This document shows, piece by piece, positions 8,590-14,553 of a DNA stretch of 15,109 nucleotides. The stretch is from Acidimicrobiia bacterium (GTDB lineage: Bacteria; Actinomycetota; Acidimicrobiia; Spongiisociales; Spongiisociaceae), in NCBI GenBank assembly GCA_041576165.1, contig JBFGLM010000083.1, forward strand, positions 1 through 15,109. Reading direction: 5' to 3'. Under the pieces are notes generated by a model that did no database searches, was not told the DNA's origin, and worked only from the letters and a program-made list of their open reading frames with translations. The position numbers and the translations under genes are program-made. Numbering within the stretch: the first letter of the stretch is position 1; every line of letters starts with the position of its first letter.

Positions 8590-8850
8590 CTAGAGGCTCC
8601 GGTCCATTTCTCTTTGGACGTCGTCCTCCGTGATCGGGCGTTGGAAGTAGACCATCCACGCGTGGAGCACCAGTCCGATCCCCCACCCGGCCATCGGCCA
8701 AATCGGCCAGAAGTAGCCACCACCAGAGAACGCCCAGATGACCACCAGCAGTGCGTTCACCACCACGTAGACGAGGGCGTGGGTTCGGAAGTCCCGTTTC
8801 CCCTTCACGCGCTGTACCGCGGCTTCGCGGCGCGTTTCCATGTCGCTCAT
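8590..8850 (-). CDS. 2TM domain-containing protein (86 aa)
   Basis: RBS GGAGGTG precedes ATG 8850. FRTHALVYVVVNALLVVIW...YFWPIWPMAGWGIGLVLHAW is the 2TM pattern. The track's extension to 9147 overlaps the next gene and is probably spurious. Confidence 0.9.
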   Translation of the reverse strand: MSDMETRREAAVQRVKGKRDFRTHALVYVVVNALLVVIWAFSGGGYFWPIWPMAGWGIGLVLHAWMVYFQRPITEDDVQREMDRSL

Positions 8851-8943
8851 GCCCACCTCCTGTTCGAGAAGAGTCTTCTTCGACTGTGGACAAGCGCCAA
8901 CCTCCCTGCAACCGGCATTCGTCCCGACTCGGGCCTTCTCTCC

Positions 8944-8995
8944 GGCGCCCGTCGCATCCAGTGAAAGGGGCTTCCGGCACTGGTCTCCGGGCGCC
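8944..8995. terminator. GC-rich hairpin downstream of the methionine synthase gene (possible terminator)
   Basis: GGCGCCCG (8944-8951)/CGGGCGCC (8988-8995) encloses CCAGTG (8958-8963)/CACTGG (8978-8983). No U-tract. Confidence 0.35.
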
Positions 8996-9073
8996 GCGTC
9001 GAGCGGGCGTGATCGCCCGGGGCGGACATCTGCCGTCTGACTCGGATAGCTACGCGATACGGCGCGTTCAGGC

Positions 9074-10096
9074 TCAGCCGTTGAGGTCCTCCCGCACCAA
9101 CGCCACCCCCGCCCCCAGCGCATGGAGCTTGGCCCGGGACACGTCACGGGACAGCGGGACCATGCCGCAGTTGGTGCAGGGGATGAGGTGTTCGGCCGGG
9201 ACCACTTCTATCGCGCGCCGGATCGTTGCCGCGACCTGCTCGGCGGTTTCGATTTCGTCGGTGGCGACGTCGATCACGCCGACCATGAGGTCCTTGCCCT
9301 CCAGCAAGCCGAGCAGCTCGATCGGCACGTGGGAGTTGGCGACCTCCAGCGACACCTGGTCGATCGACGACGCGGCCAGCACCGGGAAGGTCTCTTCGTA
9401 CTGGCGCCACTCGTCACCCAAACCTTGTTTCCACTGGATGTTGGCTTCGATGCCGTAGCCGTAACAGATGTGCACCGCCGTGGTGCATGCCAGACCCTCG
9501 GCGGCGCGCTCCAGGGCGGCCATACCCCAGGTCTTGACCTCGTCCATGAACACGTTGAAGGCCGGCTCGTCGAACTGGACGACGCTCACCCCGGCGTCTA
9601 CCAGGCCCTTGGCCTCCTCATTGAGGATGGCGGCGAACTCCATCGCCAGGCGCTCCCGGTCGCCGTAAAACTCGTCGGCCAGGGTGTCGGCCATCGTCAT
9701 CGGGCCCGGCAGCTGGAACTTCACCGGCTGTTCAGTCTCCGAGACCACGAAGCGGGCGTCGTCGACGTACACCGGCTTGGTCCGGGCCACCGGGCCGACC
9801 ACCCGGGGGACCGAGGCGTCGTAGCGGCGGCGGATCTTGACCGTCGCCCGCTGCTCGAAATCCACCCCGTCCAGGCCCTCGATGAACGTCGTGACGAAAT
9901 GGCGGCGGGTCTGCTCCCCGTCGGTGACGATGTCGATCCCGGCCGCCTCTTGATCCCGCAGGGCGATCCTGACAGCGTCCCGCTTCGCCTCCGCCAACTG
10001 TTTGCCTTCTAGCACCCACGGCGCCCACAGCTGCTCGGGCCCGGCTAGCCACGACGGCTTGGGAAGACTCCCGGCAATGGTGGTCGGTAGGAGCAT
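9074..10096 (-). CDS. mesD: Core (single-barrel) cobalamin-independent methionine synthase, MesD type
   Basis: 340 aa, corresponding only to the MetE C-terminal half. TTIAGSLPKPSWL, DIVTDGEQTRRHFVTTFIE, LPGPMTM, QFDEPAFNV. Zn ligands HIC, SLE and TNCGM. HICYGYGIEAN..WK..LG.EWRQYE matches the MesD clade as I recall it. Confidence 0.88.
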   Translation of the reverse strand: MLLPTTIAGSLPKPSWLAGPEQLWAPWVLEGKQLAEAKRDAVRIALRDQEAAGIDIVTDGEQTRRHFVTTFIEGLDGVDFEQRATVKIRRRYDASVPRVVGPVARTKPVYVDDARFVVSETEQPVKFQLPGPMTMADTLADEFYGDRERLAMEFAAILNEEAKGLVDAGVSVVQFDEPAFNVFMDEVKTWGMAALERAAEGLACTTAVHICYGYGIEANIQWKQGLGDEWRQYEETFPVLAASSIDQVSLEVANSHVPIELLGLLEGKDLMVGVIDVATDEIETAEQVAATIRRAIEVVPAEHLIPCTNCGMVPLSRDVSRAKLHALGAGVALVREDLNG

Positions 10097-10122
10097 CTCG
10101 TTCCTCTCGGCGCGGCGTCGTG

Positions 10123-10128
10123 AGGCTA
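10123..10128 (-). promoter_or_regulatory. Candidate -10 box (TAGCCT) of mesD
   Basis: TANNNT hexamer 26 nt upstream of the ATG. It implies a short leader containing the RBS GAGAGGAA. Confidence 0.45.
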
Positions 10129-10138
10129 CTCGCCCCGA

Positions 10139-10181
10139 CCGGCCGGGCGGCTTCCACCGAATTCTCGAGAATCTCTAGAGC
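10139..10181 (+). repeat. Dispersed intergenic repeat, copy 1
   Basis: TCTCGAGAATCTCTAGAGC (10163-10181) matches 14397-14415 at 17/19. It is preceded by CCGGCCGGGCGGCTTCC, similar to CCGGCCCGGGCAGGTTTCC in copy 2. Confidence 0.6.
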
Positions 10182-10268
10182 CTGCTTCGTGCTTGGTCGC
10201 TTCCCGGACCTGTTCCCTGCCATCGCAGGCGCTGATCACGCCAGCGGCGCGCTCCACCAGAACGCCGA

Positions 10269-10901
10269 TCAGGCGCCGGCCAGTCGCCTCTTCCTCATGA
10301 GAGCGGCGCCGGCGAGGGCGGCAACGGCAGATGCGACGGCCACCGCCGGGCCAACGGGCAGTCCGTCCGAGACCGGGGGCTCTTCGCCGGGTTCGGGGAG
10401 CGCCACCGAAATGTCGGCCTCTTCTGCCAATCCGATCCACTCGCCCAGCGGCGGATTGTGGACCGGTGTGATTGGGTCGCACAGGAACGAGTAGTTCGCC
10501 GTTCCGTCGGGACCCACCGCCTGGAACGGGACGAAGTAGCTCTGGCCGAGCTGAAACCCGTACCCGTTCATCCAGCCCGGATCGGACGACGTGAGCGTGA
10601 GCTGGGCCGGTGCGGAGCTGGTTCCGAACATGGCGTCGACCGCGAACGTGGTCCACGTGCGGCCGTAGATCGGGCTCCTATCGTCGTCGACCGTGTTGAT
10701 GGCTACCACGGTCCCCACCACGGCCAGGTCGTAGTCGTGGAAAAGGGGACGCCCGCTGAACTGCATCGGTTTGCCGGCGAGGATCGCCTCCGGGATAGCA
10801 GACGGATCCATGGCGCACGAGGTAGCGAAGGCGGGAGCAGCGACGCCGAGCAGCCCGGCCGCAACGAGGAGCGAGAGCGACAGCGACAAGACAGCTTTCA
10901 T
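10269..10901 (-). CDS. Secreted, C-terminally membrane-anchored hypothetical protein (possible TIMP/NTR-like OB fold)
   Basis: Signal peptide ends APAFA. Mature start TSCA, then AVVGTVVAI and a second Cys in FLCDP, a Pro/Glu linker, a TM helix and an RKRR tail. Confidence 0.75.
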   Translation of the reverse strand: MKAVLSLSLSLLVAAGLLGVAAPAFATSCAMDPSAIPEAILAGKPMQFSGRPLFHDYDLAVVGTVVAINTVDDDRSPIYGRTWTTFAVDAMFGTSSAPAQLTLTSSDPGWMNGYGFQLGQSYFVPFQAVGPDGTANYSFLCDPITPVHNPPLGEWIGLAEEADISVALPEPGEEPPVSDGLPVGPAVAVASAVAALAGAALMRKRRLAGA

Positions 10902-10908
10902 GGCAATC

Positions 10909-10936
10909 AGACGGTGCGCAGGTCCTCGGGGGTTCC
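10909..10936 (-). promoter_or_regulatory. ECF sigma factor-type promoter, leaderless
   Basis: Minus strand reads GGAAC (10936-10932)-N18-CGTCT (10913-10909), then 7 nt to ATG 10901. Confidence 0.65.
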
Positions 10937-10997
10937 CGGCGGATCAGGCCCGATGGCCGGATCGAGGTGAGCCCTAGCTCATGATGTCGACAGGGGA

Positions 10998-11003
10998 TAG
11001 ATT
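10998..11003 (+). promoter_or_regulatory. -10 box (TAGATT) of the leaderless cyclase gene
   Basis: TANNNT lies 7 nt upstream of ATG 11011, the same spacing as at mazE. Confidence 0.55.
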
Positions 11004-11010
11004 CGCGGTG

Positions 11011-12993
11011 ATGGAGGCGCCCAGCGGAACGGTCACGTTCCTATTCACCGACGTCGAGGGCTCGACCCGCCGCTGGGACGAGCAGCCCGGGGCGATGCGG
11101 GCAGCAATGGTGCGGCACGACCACGTCGTTCGTTCGACCATCGAGGAGCACGGCGGGTTCGTGTTCACCACCGCGGGCGACGAGTTCTGTGCGGCGTTCC
11201 GATCTCCCCGATCAGCCGTCGAGGCGGCCGTGGAGACCCAGCTTCGCTTGGGACGGGAGCACTGGGGAACGCTCGCGCCTTTCCGGGTACGGATGGCCAT
11301 CCACACCGGCAACGCCGACGAGCGCGACGGCGACTACTTCGGCCCCCCGCTCAACCGCTGCGCCCGCCTGCTCTCCCTGGGCTCGGGTGGGCAGATCCTC
11401 CTGTCGGCGGCCACCGAGCTCTTGCTGAGCGATGAACGATTTGACGGCGTCTCGCTCCATGACCTCGGTGCTCACCGCCTCCGAGATCTCGACCGCACCG
11501 AGCACATCTTCCATGTCGATCATCCCGACCTTCCGGCCGATTTCCCTCCGCTCCCCTCGGAAGGGCCGAAGGAGGAGGCGGCCGATCGTCTGTCGACCGG
11601 ACGGCAGGCGTTCGCCCGGCAGGCGTGGCAGGAGGCGTACGGGGCGCTCCACGACGCCCAAAAGACCATCCAGCTCGACGGCGAGGACCTCGGCCTCCTG
11701 GCGGAGTCGGCCTGGTGGCTCGGCCGCAGCGACGAGGCGATCGCGCTCTGGGAGCGGGCATTCGGCAAGCTGAGCGCGGCGGGGAACGCCGAGCGAGCTG
11801 CCCTGATCGCGCTGTCGCTTGCCGAGATGTTCCATTACCGCCTCGCTGGTGCGGTGTCAGCGGGCTGGATGGCGCGGGCCGAGCGAATGCTGGCCGACCG
11901 TCGCGACACGGTCGCCTACGGCCATCTTGCCCGGTGGCGGACCGTGATGGCGCTCGAACGCGAGGGTGATCTTGACCGTGCACTCGAGCTGGCCGAAGAA
12001 GTCCATCGTCTCGGTACCGACCTGGGTGACGCCAACCTAACGGCCCTCGGTCTACAGGATCGGGGCCGCATCCTCGTCGCTATGGGTCGCGTCGACGAGG
12101 GTATGGCGTTGGTGGACGAGGCGATGGTGGCCGCAGTTGGTGGCGAGCTCGATGCCGTGACCGCAGGCCGCAGCTACTGCAACATGCTCAGCGTGTGCGA
12201 CCAGGTGGCCGACTACCGGCGGGCCGGCGAGTGGGTCGAGGCGGCATCGGCTTGGTGCGAAGCCCACTCCGCCTCGGTCTACCCGGGCATCTGCACGATC
12301 TTCAAGGCGGAGGTCAAGTGGAGACGCGGGCAGTGGACCGATGCGGCCGAGGACGCCAGGGACGCTCTCGAGCATCTCTCGGGATGGACGGATCTGGCCG
12401 CCGCAGCCTGGTACCAGCTCGGGGAGATCGAGCTGAGGGCCGGCCGCCACGATGCGGCGGAGGAGGCATTCAGGGCGGCTCACGCAGGTGGCAGGACCCC
12501 CCTACCCGGGCTCGCTCGGCTCCGGCTAGACCAGGGCGACCCGGATAGCGCTCGGGCGTTGCTGGAACCCGCGCTCTCGTCCCAGGCTCAAACGGCACTG
12601 GGGCGAGCCCGGCTGCTTCCGGTGTGGTTCGATGCCGCCCTGGCATCAGGCCGGGAGCAGGACGGGCGAGATGCGCTCGACGAGCTGGAATCGGCGGCGG
12701 CCGCGACGCAGTCGATCGCCCTCCGGGCGACCGTAGCGGAGCGCCGGGTAAAGCTCGCCCTCGCCTCGGGCGACGCAGGCACCGCCCGATCCGAGGCGGA
12801 GCGTGCGATCGCCGGTTGGTCGGAGCTGAAGATGCCCTACGAGACTGCCCAGGCCCGCGTGCTGCTCGCCGAGACATACCAGGCGTCTGGAAATCGGGCT
12901 GCCGCCCAGCTCGAGCTCGATGTGGCGAAAGCCACCTTCACGGCGCTGGGCGCCACAGCCGACCTCGAGCGGCTCGCACGGGTTGAGGGGTGA
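11011..12993 (+). CDS. Class III adenylate/guanylate cyclase domain fused to a TPR-like (MalT/LuxR-associated) helical region
   Basis: TFLFTDVEGST, AGDEF, RMAIHTG, DYFGPPLNRCARL and LGAHRLRDL, followed by about 470 aa of Ala/Leu/Glu-rich helical repeats ending MPYETAQARVLLA...FTALGA. No Walker A and no HTH. Start 11011 is preferred over 10981. Confidence 0.88.
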   Translation: MEAPSGTVTFLFTDVEGSTRRWDEQPGAMRAAMVRHDHVVRSTIEEHGGFVFTTAGDEFCAAFRSPRSAVEAAVETQLRLGREHWGTLAPFRVRMAIHTGNADERDGDYFGPPLNRCARLLSLGSGGQILLSAATELLLSDERFDGVSLHDLGAHRLRDLDRTEHIFHVDHPDLPADFPPLPSEGPKEEAADRLSTGRQAFARQAWQEAYGALHDAQKTIQLDGEDLGLLAESAWWLGRSDEAIALWERAFGKLSAAGNAERAALIALSLAEMFHYRLAGAVSAGWMARAERMLADRRDTVAYGHLARWRTVMALEREGDLDRALELAEEVHRLGTDLGDANLTALGLQDRGRILVAMGRVDEGMALVDEAMVAAVGGELDAVTAGRSYCNMLSVCDQVADYRRAGEWVEAASAWCEAHSASVYPGICTIFKAEVKWRRGQWTDAAEDARDALEHLSGWTDLAAAAWYQLGEIELRAGRHDAAEEAFRAAHAGGRTPLPGLARLRLDQGDPDSARALLEPALSSQAQTALGRARLLPVWFDAALASGREQDGRDALDELESAAAATQSIALRATVAERRVKLALASGDAGTARSEAERAIAGWSELKMPYETAQARVLLAETYQASGNRAAAQLELDVAKATFTALGATADLERLARVEG

Positions 12994-13331
12994 AGACGTG
13001 GGGAGATGAGGCCGGGCCGACGGCTTCCCGCGGTCGGCTGGCCGTCGTCATGACAGGACGGTGCCCCGACCCGCCGCAGACCCGCGGGCAGCTGAAGCGG
13101 CCGAAGTGGCCGAGCGTGATCCTGCTGCGCCTGCTGGACGAGCTGGGAGGCTCGCACGACGAGATCGAGGCGCTCGTGCGGCGAGCTCGTTGAGCAGCTC
13201 GCGTTCCGACGGTTGGTGTGGCGAGCCAATAGGTATGTGTTCGGCCAAGCCGCCTCGGGACAGACTCTCCGCCGACCAGCCAGACTTGGCGTCATCGATC
13301 GAGCCGCCCGGGCGACAAGGTCCTCATCCTC

Positions 13332-13357
13332 GGTTTGACGCTACGCATGAGGGGGTA
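13332..13357 (+). promoter_or_regulatory. SigF/SigB-type stress promoter
   Basis: GGTTT (13332-13336)-N16-GGGTA (13353-13357) upstream of the DUF6458 gene. Confidence 0.65.
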
Positions 13358-13404
13358 GATCACAGGCTCCATCAAGGAAACGATTTCTCGATAGGAGGCA
13401 AAGG

Positions 13405-13644
13405 ATGGGTGCACTGGGAGTGTTGCTCCTGGCGGTAGGCGCGATCCTTGCGTTTGCCGTGAACTACGACCTGGAGGGCGTCGACCTCAGCACGATCGGT
13501 GTGATCCTGATGGTGGTCGGAGCCATTGGTGTGCTTGCAGCACTGGTCCAGGGGCGGTTCATGACGTTCCGCACCACTACCGAACGGCACATGTCGCCCG
13601 ACGGTCGCCATGTCGTCGAATCCGAGTCAACAGAGACCATTTAG
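13405..13644 (+). CDS. DUF6458-like small membrane protein
   Basis: RBS AGGAGG. LLAVGAILAFAVNYDLEGVDLSTIGVILMVVGAIG forms two TM helices, followed by a Thr/Arg/Glu tail. Confidence 0.85.
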   Translation: MGALGVLLLAVGAILAFAVNYDLEGVDLSTIGVILMVVGAIGVLAALVQGRFMTFRTTTERHMSPDGRHVVESESTETI

Positions 13645-13801
13645 CCGAACGCGATCACCCGCAGGGTTGGGAGCCAGCGTCGCACAGAGCCGTGTCCGAG
13701 CAAACTTCGCGACGGCGGCTCACGTGTCATCGGTACAACCAGCACATGCTCCCGCGACTGCGGGCCGTCTCCGCATCGGCATAACGTCCTGGAATGACTC
13801 G

Positions 13802-14269
13802 CTAGCCGGGGCCCGCTCGCTCGGCGTACGCAACCGTCTCGAACAGCCAGGCCGCTTCGAGCCAGTTCGAAACCGTTCGCCACAGTACGACGTCGAGGTC
13901 GGCGTGCTGTTCCGTCACCCATGAGCGGACATCTGCATCGGCGTCGGCGTCCGGGTAGATGTAGAGGCACCCGATCACCCGGTCGAGGTCGGCCGGGTCG
14001 AGCACCGTGTACGTGAACCCAACGCGCTCGTCGAAGTGGCGACGGTGCCTCATCAGGTCTTCCAGGTTCTCCTCCAGGGTCATCGGGCGCGGCCAGTCAC
14101 CATCCGGGAATCCTGGGGTCCTTCGGATGTGATCGATGCTCGAAGACCACGCTGCATAATCCGACTCGTTGTGCTCAGGCCCGAGCGGCCGCAACACGAA
14201 ATGCTCGGTTTCCAGCCCCCGCGGGACGACGAAGTCACCCGGCACGAACGGTTGCCTCGGCTCTGGCAT
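13802..14269 (-). CDS. GNAT-like N-acetyltransferase family protein
   Basis: PFVPGDFVVP..LETEHFVLRPLGPEHNESDYAAWSSS...TLEENLEDL...FTYTVL...VIGCLYIYP...VRSWV pattern. Confidence 0.8.
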   Translation of the reverse strand: MPEPRQPFVPGDFVVPRGLETEHFVLRPLGPEHNESDYAAWSSSIDHIRRTPGFPDGDWPRPMTLEENLEDLMRHRRHFDERVGFTYTVLDPADLDRVIGCLYIYPDADADADVRSWVTEQHADLDVVLWRTVSNWLEAAWLFETVAYAERAGPG

Positions 14270-14276
14270 GCCGGCC

Positions 14277-14282
14277 AGGCTA
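14277..14282 (-). promoter_or_regulatory. -10 box (TAGCCT) of the leaderless GNAT gene
   Basis: TANNNT lies 7 nt upstream of ATG 14269 and there is no SD. Confidence 0.6.
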
Positions 14283-14337
14283 CATGCAGGCCGCCTTTTT
14301 GGTCCCGCCGGTTAGAGCGCACCATCTGGAAACCAAA

Positions 14338-14383
14338 CGAGACCGCGCCCGCACCGGGCTGCGAAACCGCGCCCGGCCCGGGC
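14338..14383. repeat. Tandem 22-bp imperfect direct repeat (period 24); each unit contains a GCCCG-N3-CGGGC hairpin
   Basis: CGAGACCGCGCCCGCACCGGGC (14338-14359) vs CGAAACCGCGCCCGGCCCGGGC (14362-14383), 19/22 identical. Confidence 0.65.
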
Positions 14384-14415
14384 AGGTTTCCGAGGCTCTT
14401 GAGAATCTCTAAAGC
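14373..14415 (+). repeat. Dispersed intergenic repeat, copy 2
   Basis: TCTTGAGAATCTCTAAAGC (14397-14415); see copy 1 at 10139-10181. Confidence 0.6.
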
Positions 14416-14553
14416 ACCGGTTGGTACACCGCAACGGTTCGATCCCGTCGACGGGTGCTGGCAAAAGCTCAGTCGGAAGGCGGAGCGGCCTTCGAACCGC
14501 GCAGCGCCGCCCGCCTCCGGTAGGAGCTCACCCAACTATGCAGGGGGATCCAT

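Noticed and set aside
10097-10268. SAM/SAH/cobalamin riboswitch upstream of the methionine synthase
   Set aside because: No recognizable aptamer consensus, and the candidate -10 box leaves only a ~20-nt leader.
10269-10410. Sortase signal (LPEPG) in the secreted protein
   Set aside because: It is not LPxTG and is separated from the TM helix by a linker; a simple C-terminal anchor is more parsimonious.
8590-12993. Pycsar/CBASS-like defence system (cyclase plus TM effector)
   Set aside because: The 2TM gene is 2 kb away on the other strand, has no nucleotide-binding domain, and is not in an operon with the cyclase.
5346-14269. Integron cassette array
   Set aside because: Mixed gene orientations, individual promoters, no recurring RYYYAAC...GTTRRRY attC boundaries seen, and no integrase.
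14338-14383. CRISPR array
   Set aside because: Only two units separated by 2 nt, with no spacers and no cas genes.
14413-14465. Complete tRNA gene
   Set aside because: Only about 47 nt, with no anticodon arm and no CCA.
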